The notes below the pieces were generated by a model. The model did no database searches and was not told the origin of the DNA. It saw nothing but the letters and a program-made list of their open reading frames with translations. DNA of 64,000 nt from the NCBI RefSeq assembly GCF_018977255.1, contig NW_024704742.1, forward strand, positions 29,948,001 through 30,012,000, in the 5' to 3' direction. The DNA is from Callorhinchus milii. Its lineage: Eukaryota. Positions 25,363-39,250 of the stretch are shown here, in pieces; positions within the stretch are counted from its first letter, which is position 1, and the number at the start of each line of letters is the position of its first letter. Position numbers and translations under genes: made by a program.

Positions 25363-26743
25363 TTACAGAGCAGTTGGCAAGGGGAATGCTACCCCAGCTG
25401 AGATGAAATTTGAGACAATAATGGAGTAAACGAATAGGTTTCAGAGATTAACACAATTTGGTCTAACAGCAAAATAATTGAAAGTACCCATTAACTTACA
25501 GTGCATTGCTGCTATCGTTTTTCTTTACTGTACGCTGCGTCTCATTGCTCTCAGCTCAGGCTTTCAGTCCTGAACCTCTTAACGTCTATCTCCCCTTTGA
25601 CCAGCTTCGATTTCTCTACATTTTAATTCTGTTACATTTTCTCAGCTACCACTTTTCACATGTGAGTGCACTCTCGTCTTTAGTTCTAAGCTTTTCTGTC
25701 GTTCCCTGTCTCCCTCTCTCCTATATCTAACCATTTGCTCCTCTATTTCTCAAAGAGCTTGTTACTTTTATATCCATGGTTTTCTCTTTGCTTCTTTCTG
25801 CTGGTTATTATGACATCGGTCACTCCCCCTTCCCCCTGCCTCTCCTCCCTTCTCCCCCCCAGCTGATCCCAGCTTGTATCTGAAACGCTGTACGCTGTCC
25901 AGCATCTCGGGACGTCCTCCCGACTTGAAAGGCTCTATACAAATGTAACCATGTTGTTGTTGTTGTTATTTTATCCTACTTCTCTTAATTCTTCCTCCTT
26001 GTGCTCTATAATTTAGACGTCAGCCTGGCTCAGTTGATTGCACTGACTCACTTATGAGTCAGAAGATTGAGCGATCAAGCTTCCCGTTGGGAATTTGAAC
26101 TCACACCATCTTAGCTGAAACTCCAATACAGTCCTGGGAGAGAACTGCATTGTTAAAGGTGCCATCCTTCGGATGAAAAGTTAAATGGAGGTCTTGTCTA
26201 CCTATTCGGGTGGATGTTATAGATCCAATGGCACTATTTGAAAAGAGAAACCGGTTCCTTCTGATGTCCTGCCAACAATACTGTTTGTTAACATAGCAGC
26301 ATTTCAATCAGGAATCGATTAGTTAATATTTTGCTCTGAGTCAAACACTGAATATTTACTTTCAGTTGAGAGGAATATGCCTAGTTATTCTGAAACCCTT
26401 TGTAGCTTCTTGTTCCAGTACCTACAGTACTGGATTTTTGCATACTTTTTGTATAATAACAAGAATAATCTTTGCATTTGATATAGGGCCTTATCACGTC
26501 TTCGAGATGTCTCAAAGTGCCTCACAGAATACACTGTAAAGTTTGTGGGCAAAAATGTGGCAGCCAATTGAGCATAGCAGTGTCCCACAAATAGTCATGG
26601 ATTGAGTGATCAAATTATTATTATTTAATAATTTGATCACTCAATTCACGATGCATGAAGAAATCTGTTTTGATGTGAGTCTGGTTTGTGTGGGCTGTCC
26701 TAAGATGCAGCTTTGTCTGCATCTCTTGCAGCTGGTTCTTTAC

Positions 26744-26884
26744 CTCCAGTCCTCCCTTGTCCTAACAGTAACTTTGGTTGAAGACTGTCTTCACGAGTGA
26801 GTAGGTGAGGGAGGTGATGGAAGATACTTGGCTGCAGTTTATTCTGACCTCTGGTCAGGTTCCTTGCTTTCACTTTTGTTTCAT
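26744..26884 (-). CDS. MGAT4: MGAT4-family exon
   Basis: 141 nt, phase 1-1; tcttag acceptor, gtaaag donor. DETKVKARNLTRGQNKLQPSIFHHLPHLLTREDSLQPKLLLGQGRTG carries the family motif FHHLPHLL...SLQP...GQGRTG. Confidence 0.95.
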
Positions 26885-27303
26885 CTAAGAACAGAGAAAG
26901 TAGACAAAATAAAGTTAAACTGAAGCCCTCCACAGCAAATTAATCACAAGATACAGTGGAATCAAATCATGTAGAAAAGTCATGCATGAGAAAAGGCTGT
27001 TCGACCCACTGAGACTCAAGCTTTAAAAGAGCAGTCAGTCTCTGACTGTTCTTAATAATTTGATCTTAATAATCTGATCAGCATCTATAGTCTCTTAATA
27101 ATGTTTCAGCATCTATAGTCTCACCCGACACATTTTGTATCAAACATTGATCATTCTTGGATTTAAACTGTGTTTCTCCACATATATTTTTCAAATTGTT
27201 GCTCACTATTTTAAATTTATGGATACTCTTTAAGAAAATAAGGACAAATTTAAAAATATTATAGCGTTTTTGGTTCCGCAGAGCAAATATACCACGGGTG
27301 TAC

Positions 27304-27486
27304 CTGAGAATCCAGACACGATCTTTGAAGTGATGTTCATTGACTTTCTCTCTGATGCTAGGACAGTCTTAATCACCTCCAGCACTTGGTGCAGCTCCTT
27401 AGAGCGTTTCAAGTTTTCTTCCTCTGCTTTTTGCAGCTTGTCACTGAGTTCCAGAAACTCTTGCTGGTACTTGCTCATTTCATCCC
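27304..27486 (-). CDS. MGAT4: MGAT4-family alpha-1,3-mannosyl-glycoprotein 4-beta-GlcNAc-transferase, stem/coiled-coil exon (equivalent to MGAT4B coding exon 2)
   Basis: 183 nt, phase 1-1; ttttacag acceptor and G|gtacac donor. Peptide GDEMSKYQQEFLELSDKLQKAEEENLKRSKELHQVLEVIK resembles MGAT4B YQREFLALRDRLHAAEQESLKRSKELNLVL (recalled). Confidence 0.9.
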
Positions 27487-29229
27487 CTGTAAAAATAAAA
27501 TAAAAAGCAATTATTACATTTTGTACAAAAGAGCACATGTGCAGTTATTCCTGAAGGAGCTGCTCTTGGTGGAGTATCGCTTCCTGACAGTGGTTCCATG
27601 TGGAAAAAATCCATTCACAAACATATATATATATGAACACTAATGGATTGCATCAAGTGTTCTCATACCAGCAGTTTAGGGTATGGTGCAAGGGAGTGTG
27701 GGTCCCAAAAAGAAGTGAAGGGGATTTTAAAATGAAAACCCAGCTTTTAATTTGTTGCAATGCACAATAAAGTGTCACAAGATAGATTTGTAGGGAGAAA
27801 GCTTGTACAAACATTTGAGCTCATCCTTCCGGGGCATCCACCTTACCGTTTCCTGTCATTCAGGCATACAATTAGCGGTGTCAAGAGAGCGATTGTGAGA
27901 ATGTCTCAATACATATTACAAGTTCTATTCACTGTTTTGTCTTATATCCCTACCCAGCAGTGTCTAAGCTAGTCCATATAAAGTCATATCACATGTGGTG
28001 TTGGAATTGGTTTATATCAGCAACTTGTCAAGCATATCCAGCAGTTAAGCCTTCCACAATCTACATATCTGCAAAGTCAACAGGCAGCTGCATCCTGTTG
28101 TTGTAGGTTTACCGAGATCTGTGATGGCTTTTGAAATATTGAATTCTCTCCTCGTAAATATGGAGAAAGATAAGAATAATAATCCTTGTATTTGATATAG
28201 TACCCTATCACGTGATCGAGACGTCTCAAAGTGCTTCACAGGATATACGGCACTGTAAAGTGGTTTGGATTGTGTATACGATCAACTTCAGTAAAGGTGT
28301 GTGCAGGCAGGATTTGTACATTGCAAATAATTCACACATGAGCAACAATAACATCCACAGCTCTGCATGGCAACTACTCTTTGCATTGGACATTTGGACT
28401 GCTCTGAACTGCTATTTACTCAGAGACCAATGAACATCCTCAGCCCAATACCAGTTTACAGTGAAACACCTTGAGATGTCTTGACATAGTGATAAGGCAT
28501 TATATCAAATGCAAGAAATATTATTATTATTTCATAGAATGTTTAAGCAGAGAAACAGGCCATTCGGCTCAACCTGTCCATGTCATTTATACGCCACATG
28601 AGCCTCCATCAACTCCTATACAACACAGTTACTACACTATACTGCGACTCCTGCAAAATGCTTGAAGACATCCTCAAGAAATGAAAGGTGCTACATAAAA
28701 GGCAAATAATATTATTATTAGTCATCTCTTTATGAGTGACTGTGTATTTTGTGGGCGAAACGTAGCAGCCAATTGTGCAAAACAATGTCTCATAAACAGT
28801 TATGGATTGAGTGACCAAATTATTTGAAGGGATTATTACCCCTGAAAAGCTATCCGCCAATCAACTAACTGATGAAGTATGATAACTTACAAATTGAATG
28901 CAGACACATGTGGCAGTACAAGACAAGTATAGCTCCTCTAATCATTGGTGCACCTGGGACTATTAATAAGACAATTCAGAAATGGCTCTTGAAAAGATAT
29001 CTGGTGTACAGCATATCCACCTCACACAGAAAGGAAAGTTCAAATACACTAATAAACGTAACACCCATTCAAGTGTAACGTGGCAATTTTATTCTGTGAA
29101 GTGCTTTGAGATGGATCAAAACAATGTGATAAGGCGCTATATGTGAAAATCACCAGCGCGTTGAATGTGCTGAAACATTTTGTTTCTAGCCTTTGTACTT
29201 GGAAAGGAGTGGCATGTTTCATTACATTA

Positions 29230-30916
29230 CAATACAAAATTACATTTGTACAGCGCCTTTCATGTCGGGAGGACATCCAATGTTGCTGAACAGTCAGGGA
29301 TTAGGACCCGAATGGGGGGGTGGGGGGCAAGCGGGGACATGGAGCAGGCCGGAGTCTGCTGAGTGGAGGGAGCAGACAGGTTGATAGGGGGTTAGCAAGT
29401 GGGAGAGGTAGGAGGGAGCAAGGCCTTGGAGGGCCTTGAAAGTGAAGACAAGAATTTTTAATTCGATCCTCCGAGGACTGGGGAGCCAGTAGAGCTGGGC
29501 GAGGGTGAGTGTGATGGGGTCAGGGAGCCTGGTGTGGGAGAGGACATGGGCTGCAGAGTTCTGGATGATCTGTAGCTTGTGACAGGAAGAATTGGGAAGG
29601 CCAACAAGCAGGGCATTGGTATAGTCGAGCCTGGATGTAATGAAGGCATGTATGAGGATTTTGGCGGCCTGAGGGGTGAGGCAGTGCTGGAGTTGGGCAA
29701 TGTTACGGAGGTGGGGAAAGGCAGAGCGGGTCATGGCACGGATGTATGGGAGAAAGGACAGTTCAGGGTCGACCAAGACACCTAGGTTCCTGACTGGCTT
29801 GGGGAGGTTGAGTGTGGATACTTGGATGTTGAAGCTGCCAATGCCTGAGGTGCGGAGGCGCTGGCGTGAGCTAATCAGTAGAGCCTCGGTCTTGCTAATG
29901 TTCAACTGTAGAAAGTTGTCTCTCATCCAGGACTTGATGTCTAACAGGTAGTCTGTCAGGCCATCAGTGGTCCTGGAGTTAAGGGTGGAGGCAGAGAGAT
30001 AGAGTTGGGTGTCATCTGCGTACATATGGAAGTTGATCCCATGTCTGTGGATGATGTCACCAAGAGGGAGCATGTACAGGTTGAAGAGGAGAGGACCGAG
30101 GACAGAGCCCTGAGGAACACCGCACAGATGGTCCGGGCCTGGAGAAGAAGCTGTTTGTGATGACAAAGTGGAGCCGCTGTGAGAGATAGGATCTGACCCA
30201 TTCAAGGGCAGAACCTTGAAGGTTGAGGTAAGAGGAGAGGTGGTGGAGGAGGATAGATTGGTCAATGGTGTCAAAGACAGCAGAGAGGTCAAGGAGGAAG
30301 AGGAGACAGAGGGAGCCCTGATCGCAGATGGACAGAATGTCATTTGTCACCTTGACCAGGGCTGTTTCCGAGCTGTGGGCAGCACAGAAACCTAATTGGA
30401 GGGGTTCATAAAGGGAGTGACTGGAGAGGAAGGAACTCTTTCAAGGACCTAGGAAAGGAAGGTTAGAGATGGGGTGGCAGTTAGTCACAAGGATGGGTCC
30501 AGGAAAGGTTTTTTTAGGATAGGGGTGATGACAGCTGTTTTTCGGGGGGGGGTGGGAACAGTGGCAGTTGCCAAGGAGAGGTTGACAAGGTCTGAGAGTA
30601 AAGGAGCGAGGAGGTGGAGCTGGGAGGTAAGGAGAGGGGTAGTGCTGGGGTCGTGGGAGCAGGTGGTGGGCTTCATGCAGGTTATCGTGGTGGTGGGAGA
30701 GGAGTGCGAGACAGGTTCGAGGGAGTGATGGGTAGGAGCCGAAATGTGAGGGAGAGGTGGGGAGGAGGTGGCTGTTGGGAAGGTGGAGGCAGCTGAACGG
30801 ATCCCCTCGATTTTGGTCTTGAGGAAATCCTCAATTTTGTTCTCGAGGAGCCGGTTGGTAATCGAGAAGAGAAGCCTGGGGTTGTCGTTGGCCTCCAAGA
30901 TTATTTTGGAATAGAA
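29230..30916 (-). mobile_element. L2 LINE fragment with RT domain
   Basis: [73 protein letters not shown]; frameshifted. Confidence 0.95.
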
Positions 30917-31876
30917 GGGCGCAGTACAGTATAGGGTGTGGCTTATCTTCTCTGTGCAGTGTGTTTCTTAAATAGGTGCTGTAAAGCAAGATATTGAAAT
31001 CTATTTGTGTTCCCCTCTTCCTCTGTCAGAGAAGTTGTTGCAAATCTGACCACAAAAGGCAAGGTCAGTATTTGTAGAAGCAGTTGACAACCAGTATGTG
31101 CAAGTTCTTTCAATTTGACCTATGTACAACAATTTCAAAGTTGAACATAGATGACAAACACAACCACACCCACAACAAACACCCACCCACACACTTTGGA
31201 AACAACAATTTGCAACTTTTAAAGCTTCTGTTCACGAAAAACATTTCAAAGTGCTTTACAAAGATTGAATGGCAGCCCAACCAAGCAAGGTCAAAGAGTT
31301 AGATTTCTAGATGGGTTTTGAAAGCAGAGGAGCAGAGGTAGAGGAATTTCAAAAGAGAGTTTGATTACAGGAACAGGGGCAAAGTGGCTGAAAGGTCACC
31401 TGTCGATGGTTGGACAAAGTCGGTCGGAGTCATGGAGTAGGCCAATGTTGATAAAGTGGAGGAAGTTGCCAAGGGAGTGAGGCCGCAGAAATCTCAATGA
31501 TAGGTCAACGAGACACTTACAGGTAAGGATGGGGATCTTAAAGTTGATCCATTGCTGATAAGGGACACAGAGAAGGCAGGTGAGGATGGGGAAGGTGGAC
31601 TCACAGAGTTTAATGGGGGAGAATATGCGGGCTGCAGAGTTCTATATATTCTTTAACTTGTGCAAATTGTACTGCTGTGTTTACCTTCAAAATACACGGT
31701 CACTCCACTCCACAGTAAATCCCGTGAAACACTTTGAGACATCCTCTCGATGTGAAAGGCACCATATCAAATGCAAGGATTATTATTATATAATTCTAAA
31801 TAAAGTTGCACAATTTAATATAAGTGACCTAGACAGATATAAATATTCTGGACTTGGGTAAAGGGAGTATAATTTA

Positions 31877-32494
31877 ACATAACATGTAGGAGCAGGAGTA
31901 GGCCATTCGGCCACCGAGCTTGCCCCGCCATTCAATCATGGCTGATCTTCTAATCTAACTCCAGCTAATAACCTAACCCTGCCTTATCCCCATATCCCTT
32001 AATCCCTTTTGCAATAAGAAATCTATCTCAGTCTTGAATATGTTCAAGGACTGAGCGTCAACAGCTCTTTGGGGTAGTGAGTTCCATACATTCACCACCC
32101 TTTGAGTGAAGAAGTTCTTCCTCAACTCAGTGCGAAAGGACTGGCCTCTGATTTTAAGGTTGTGACCCCTGGTTTTAGTTTCTCCAACCAGGGAAAACAA
32201 TCTCCCACTATCTACTCTATCATGCCTTTTGATGATCTTATAGGTTTCTATAAGATCCCCTCTAATTCTTCTATATTCTACAGAATATAGGCCCAAATTG
32301 GTCAGCCTATCCTTATAACTCATCCCCTTCATCCCTGGTGCTAACCGAGTAAATCTACGCTGCACCCCCTCCAAGGCAAGTACATCCTTCCTTAAATAAG
32401 GAAACCAAAACTGCACACAGTATTCCAGGTGTGGTCTCACCAGGGCCCTATACAGTTGCTGCAAGACTTCCCTACTCTTATACTCTAATCCTTT
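31877..32494 (-). mobile_element. CR1 3' fragment
   Basis: KGLEYKSREVLQQLYRALVRPHLEYCVQFW...RKNFFTQRVVNVWNSLP; 3' UTR cgaatggcctactcctgctcct. Confidence 0.95.
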
Positions 32495-32495
32495 C

Positions 32496-33117
32496 ATTTC
32501 CAAGTTTGTTGATGATACTAAGCTAGAAAAAGTAGTGAACAGTGAGGAGGACAGTAGCAAACTGCAAGAGGACATAGACAGACTAGTAAAATGGGCAGAC
32601 ATGTGGCAGATGAAGTTTAATGTGGAGAAATGCAAAGTGATGCATTTTAGGAGGAAGAATGAGGAGAAGCAATATAAGCTGATGGTACAATCTTAAAGGG
32701 GGTGAAGGAACAGAGAGACCTGGGGGTTCATATAAGTAAATCTTTGAAGGTGGCAGGACAGGTAGATAAAGCTGTTAAAAAAGCATATTAGGCTTTATAA
32801 ATAGGGGCATAGAATACAAAAGTCAGGAAGTTATGATGAACCTTTACAAAACACTGGTTAGGCCTCAGCTACAGTCCTGTGTTCAGTGCCGGGCACCACA
32901 CTTTAGGAAGGATGTCAAGGCATTGGAAAGAGTGCAAAGGAGATTCACCAGGATGGTACCAGGAATGAGGGACTTCAGCTATCAGGAGAGACTAGAGACG
33001 CTACGATTATTCTCCTTGGAGCAGAGAAGGTTAAGAGCAGACTTAATAGAATTTTTCAGAATTATGAAAGGATTCAAATGGCCTCCTTCTGTGCTGTATA
33101 ATTCTATGATTCTATGA
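32496..33117 (+). mobile_element. CR1 3' fragment of a different subfamily, internally deleted, abutting the previous element head to head
   Basis: ISKFVDDTKL, WQMKFNVEKC, LYKTLVRPQL; (ATTCTATG)n tail at about 33100-33117. Confidence 0.93.
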
Positions 33118-36100
33118 ATTTAACTGGAATCAATGGCCTTCTCCAGTTTTATGCTTTCTCGTATTCTTATTCTCTAATCCTGTGCTATTTTGCTATAATA
33201 GAAACTATGAGGCTCCCTGATTTTGGTGAGAAAAGTATCACATTAATGAATTTGTTTGATATTTTGCTGTTCCCTTTAAGACAATTTGCAGTTCAAATCA
33301 GTGCAATTTTTAAATGTTGTCATTAACATGAATCTGTGATGGAATTAGATTTGGCATCATGTAGCATTTTGTTTGGTCATATTTCCACCTAGTTTAGTGA
33401 GGCATGTGCTATTAATGATAGCAATAGCTTCATAATATTTTTTATAATTTCTGGAATAAGAATAAGTTAAAACAAATTAATGCAGTTTCTAAAATGATTA
33501 GTTTACCTTTATCGTCGTTTATATCAGAACTTCGCTCTATGAACACCTTAATGCCCCTTGTGGGGGTCCTTTCCGTGGAAAAAATATTAAGAAGGAAAAA
33601 TTATTCTTTATAGCAATTCAAACCACAAATAAACAATTAATTTCTTAAGTCTGAATGAAGAATTTTCAGAACTGAACAGCAATGATAGAGATGAAAAGTG
33701 TAGGATGGGGGAAAACTTTTTCACCGATAAAGTTGATAATCCTTGCATTTCATATAGTGTCTTATCACGTCGTTGAGATGTCTCAAAGCACTTCACAGAA
33801 TATAGTGTAAAGTGCATTGGTGAATTAGAGAACATGACCTTAGGTTTCAAGATCTTGTATGTTCATATGAATGATTGTGACAAGAACATTAGAATAATTC
33901 ACTTTGAACTGCCTCAAATTGACTGGAACAAATTAGTGTCTGTCTGTCAAAATATCTTGCCTTCGAGTAGGAAAACAACAGCAGTCCACTCCATCATACT
34001 TAGTTTCTTTGTCAACACTTGAATGGTTCCCAACCTAGGATTGTGCATCCATCACTCCTAGAGTTCACTGAATGTCTGTACCCATGGACGTTAATTATAC
34101 CACTCATAGTGGGGCTGCTCATTCCTTCCATTTTATAACCTGATGTTTTCTCTGTTACATTATTGTTCTTCTAATGGTCTGATTGCCTTTTAGACTCTCA
34201 GTTAGATAATCTGTAATTATGTTACTCTGCAATCTCATGCGGTGTTCCTCAGGGCTCTGTCCTTGTTTCTCTCCTTATGCTTTCACTTTTTTCAGTTCGA
34301 TGACAACAAGACTGAGGCCCTCCTACTTGGGTTGGCTCCCAGCAGTGCCTCCTCATCTTCAGCACTTACAGCATCAACTCTCACAGATGGTCACTCTGCC
34401 TCACAGACTCAGTCCCTTCAACTCACCCTGTCCCTCCTCACTTTTTAACTCCTGTCTCAAGTCTAAACTCTTCAACCATGCATCTAGTTATTCCCACCCC
34501 ACCACCACATCTTCCTTAGTTGTCCCCACCTCCAGCTTGGGTGCACAGCAGTATTTTTATTATTGAATGAATATAGAATCTAGAACATTTCACCCCAGAT
34601 CTTATTGTAAGCTAATAAGTTACCCAGTTTGAATCACTGCATCACCCAAATCCAAAGTAACTTTGTCCAAGACAAATGAGGAAGCAGTCACCAAGAATAT
34701 AATAATCATAAACATCTACAGACTTCAATAAACATAAAACTGACATAATGTGTATTTTTCAACAACGTATCTTACAATTTAAATCAATCGAGCTGAAACA
34801 ACACTTCTCCCCCATGGGCCTAATGAAATCGGAAATATATTTCATCAGGTTTATCAGAAACATAATCTGCACAAGTTAATATGTCCTGTGTATGAGGCAG
34901 AAATTAATATAAAAATAATCTTGTATATGATACATTTTTCACTCTGGGGAGTGAACTTTCTTTCCCCTGCAGCATGTAGGACAGAACAAGTGACTGACCT
35001 TAGAAATTCTAGCTAAATTTCAGTCCAAGAACTTCCGATCCAAAATTATATGAGCACTTTTATAGCACAGTTACCGACCCGTGAAATCATCCTCACCAAA
35101 ATAAACTTTGTAAACATCATTTTGATGTCTGAAAAGAAACTGTAATTACACACTGAATGTCTCAACAATCCCAACATATTGTTTTAAACACTGGCAGTGC
35201 AAACACGCTTACATCTGTCCATTTCCTCTCTTCTTGCTCACAAAATGGAAAGCAGGATTTACCCTTAAGATTCTCAAATTAGATTCTCAAAAGATGCGGC
35301 CTCTTTTGTGATCTTGGTCTGCAGCAGATGTCATCGTCTTATGAAAATTCCCAGTCCAAGGGGAGTGATGATGGGGAGGGGAGTGATTTAACTCTAATTA
35401 AAATTTCCATTGTACTTGTTTTTGTTGAAGGCTTTTTTTTTGTCCTCCCGTTGAAAGGAATGCGACTCTGGATTGCGTTACTCATTTACAATAAACCCAC
35501 AAGCATAAACATGCACATCAGGGGAACTACGCAGAGGGAGGGAAGGAGAAAACAACTAATTAGCAGTCTCCATTCCACAGCGAGGAAAAACGTGGAGAGA
35601 AGGTTCAATATAATGTTGGCAAAAGGGTGCACTGCTTACACTTTCATCGGCACACAGCAAGCCGGAATTAAGTAAAGTCAGCCACAGCTAACCGATTATT
35701 AGTTAGTGTTAACTTAAAAACTGAATTCATTCATGTAATAATCCTTGCATTTGATATAGCGCTTTATCACGTCTTCGAGACGTCTCAAAGCGCTTCACAG
35801 AATATACTGTAAAGTGAATTGATTGTATATTTTACGAGCAAAAAGCAAAGTCCAGGCCTCAAGGGAATATTTTCTGATTTTGCAGTTTTCTTATGATCAA
35901 CGCCAGAACTATCAATTTCTAATGGCTCTGAGAAGTGACAGATAATAATGCTGCAACATCATCCTAAATGTGACACTGGGGTGAAAGGTTACATACTATT
36001 ATCTTTGATGACCTGATATTGTCAGGTCACACACACATGCCTACCCCCAACCCTGCAAAGTTCAGAATAAGAGTAGTGCAATTATTTATAAATGATACGT

Positions 36101-36942
36101 GCGCATAGAAATTACACCATTGGCCATAGCATCAATACAAAATAAATTGGATTTGATTTCTCTGTTGATACATGCAATGGATAAATTCAGCTTCAAGGGA
36201 CAGAGTAAGGGCAGCATTATTTTAGTTGCACACAACACAGTAGTGGTGTGAAAAATTAAGGAGATGGAATGAAGAGGTCCAGTCATTCACTTACCCACTC
36301 ACTCCTCACACGTACCCTATTCTGTGACTAGTGATATTTTAACATTTAACTTTGGATTAAATTTATGCTGTCAGACCCTATTGTCTAAATTGTCAGCTTG
36401 ATTCACATTGTTGCACTATAAACATAGTGATTCAATACCGGCAGCACTAAGCCACAATGATGCACAAAATCACAAGAAGGGTTTGGGTGACAAAAAGGCT
36501 TCCACTCATTTGATCAGAACATCCACTCTAATGTCTTCCCATCATAATGTCAAACTGTTTTGCAAGGAGTCTAGTGTCTGACAGCAACCATCCTTCCTGG
36601 TAATCCATTGGATTACTTTTGGGTAATAAATATTTCCTGTCTGATTAATCCCTCACAGCCCTGAACCTGTGCCCTCTTACTCAACAACAATAACAACAAA
36701 TTACATTTGTATAGCGCTTTTCATGTTGGGAGGACGTCCTAAGAGGCTGGGCAGTCCGGGGTTTTACTCTGCTGACTTGAAGTAACTGAAAGTATTGATC
36801 TGGGTCTTGCTCCCATTTGGCATCTCAGATAAATTAAAATTATGAGATTCAATTATAAATTAAAATGGAGGCAAAAATTCTAATGTATGATGGGCTTACA
36901 CCTATCATCCTGATTACTATATATATTGAATTCAGCTTCCTT

Positions 36943-37332
36943 ATAATAAGCCTTGCATTTGATATAGCTCCTTATCATGTCATCAACAAGTCCCAAAGCA
37001 CTTCACAGGATATATAGTATAAAATAACTGTATTTTGTGGGCGAATGAGGCAGTCAATTTCAGCACAGCAATGTCCCACAAACAGCCATGGAGTGAACAA
37101 GCATTTTTATTTGGGGGATTCATGGCCAGGACAGCGGAAGAGGCTTTTCTAATAATGCCATGTGATCTTTAACCACAGCAGATGCAATGCTAGGTTCATG
37201 CCTCATCCAAAAGACTGCACCTTGTACAATACAACATCCCTTCCCCTCTGCAGCACAGAACTATAGTGTCAGCCTAGAATATGTGAGTTCCAAATCACCA
37301 ATCTGGCTACCAACTGAGCCAGACTGACACAC
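36943..37332 (-). mobile_element. Old Deu-type SINE, near full length
   Basis: Head gtgtcagtctggctcagttggtagc; tttgtgggacattgctgtgc body; TTA tail. Confidence 0.75.
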
Positions 37333-38561
37333 AATATGTAGATTTATTAAACCCCAGTCACATTTGGAAAACAGAAAGTACTACTTTAAAGACCCAGATG
37401 ATATTTTGTAGGACGGCAACTCTAACAATAACATATAACACGAACGGACCTCAGACATGTTGGAAGTTGGTTCTTCCCCATGCCAAAACGTCAATCATAC
37501 CGTGCATTGGACTTTCAGCTCGAGAATCTTAGTGTTTCACTGTCATTTAACATGATGCTGGTTTAACCTAGGGGGAAAAAATCTTAGACTAATGCTGGTG
37601 TCTTGCCAGCCAGGCCACTGGAATCCATAAGCTGGAATTCCATTATGCAGTAACTTCTTGGACCACACACACACTCCATCAATGTATTCATTATCACCAA
37701 TTTCCATGCTTGTGTTAAGTTGTAACATAATATTTTGTTAACAAATCAACAACAACAACAACAACAACTTGGATTTATATAGCACCCTCCACGCCATCGG
37801 CGTCTCAGAGCGCTTCATAACATTCATTGCACAGCTGTAATATGGAACTTTCCTGTATAAAAAATGATTGCCATGGTTCTCTACAACAACAATCTTTGCC
37901 TTTGACAACAATTACCTGTGAAGTGTTTCATTGCCTCAAGACAATCTTATTTGTTACAGTTGCCGAATACTGCTGTTCATTCAATTTGATAACTCAACTC
38001 TTGGAAGCCCGAACAGAAATACTGAGAGGTAAATCTGTGAATTTGATCATCAATAATGCCCTCAGCAATGTGTTGGATTGAAAATGAACGCATCACATAA
38101 TATATGCAGATTTTCATATTTCCTTAAATATTAACAAGTCTCTCCTTTTTAATCTATTTCAGATCTGGTCTATCTGTTCAAAACAAAAATCATGCAGCAG
38201 ATGTACAGGGATCGTTCCCAAATAAATTATTTGATTTATTGGAGATTCTCCCTTAAATTTCAAATTGTGCAATGCACTATTCTTGGCTGCTAGCTATAAT
38301 TATATAAAATAAAATGTAATTTAAAATGTGTGTCAGACGATTGACAAAAGAGAAAAAAAAAGTTCTTCACATCTAGATGTCCTTGCAGCTAGATCTTACT
38401 TGATTCACCCTCTGTATGCTACGTAAACAGATTGTACAATGATAGGGTTGTCATTGACAGAGTTTGGGAGTCGGCAGCAAAGAAAACAGAACTCAAGCCA
38501 CAATCCCATCTGCCTGTCCAAACCCCATACTTTCTGATCTGCGCTTGACATGAGGCAGCTT

Positions 38562-39250
38562 GGTGTCAGCCTGGCTCAGTACTTTTGCCTCTGGATCAGA
38601 ACGTCACAGTTTCATGCTGCACGTCACCCTATGCTGCCACTGCTGTGCAATAGGCACTGTCTGAAGTGTCTTCTTTCAGATGAGATGTTAGTAATAATAA
38701 TATTTCCTATATTTGATATAGTCTCCTTGTTTCGTTGTCCAGATCGCTCAAAGTCCTCCCCAATTCACTGAAAACTGGTGTTTATGCGTAATTTGTGGGC
38801 AAACACTACAACCAATTTGTACACAGGAGTATCCCACAAACAACCATGGAGTAAATAACCATTTTTTAAAATATTTGCCAGGACACCAAGACAAACTCCC
38901 TTCTCTTTTTGAATAGTGCCATGGAATTTAACATCATTTAACATCTCATCTGACAATGAGCAACCCCCCCACCCCAGCACTGCATTGGATCGTCAGCATA
39001 GATTAGATGGCTTCCAAGTCCTGATGTGTGGGCTTGAACCAACAAACGTCTGATTCAGAACACAAGAGGGCTATCAACTGAGCCAGGCGGACACACAGCC
39101 AAGAAAACCCTGCGATTTGGATGGATGTTACTATTTGAAAAGAGAGGGAATTTGTCCTGGTGTCCTGGCCAAAAAATTCTCCAAATAAATTGTTTTCTCA
39201 CTTCAGAACATTTCCTCACTGCAACATGGTGGCTGGGTTTGCTTATAAAA
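38562..39250. mobile_element. Nested old Deu-type SINEs: a minus copy at 38693-39097 inside a plus copy
   Basis: The plus-strand head and core stop at gatgagatgtta (about 38690) and resume after 39100 (ctatttgaaaagagag...ggtgtcctggccaa). Confidence 0.7.

Noticed and set aside
29294..30343. 349-aa ORF as an intact or domesticated reverse transcriptase
   Set aside because: A partial L2 ORF2 with a frameshifted N-terminal part and a truncated end; ordinary decay.
31973..32635. 220-aa ORF as a host gene
   Set aside because: A chance fusion of antisense CR1 sequence to the CR1 ORF2 C-terminus at a TE junction.
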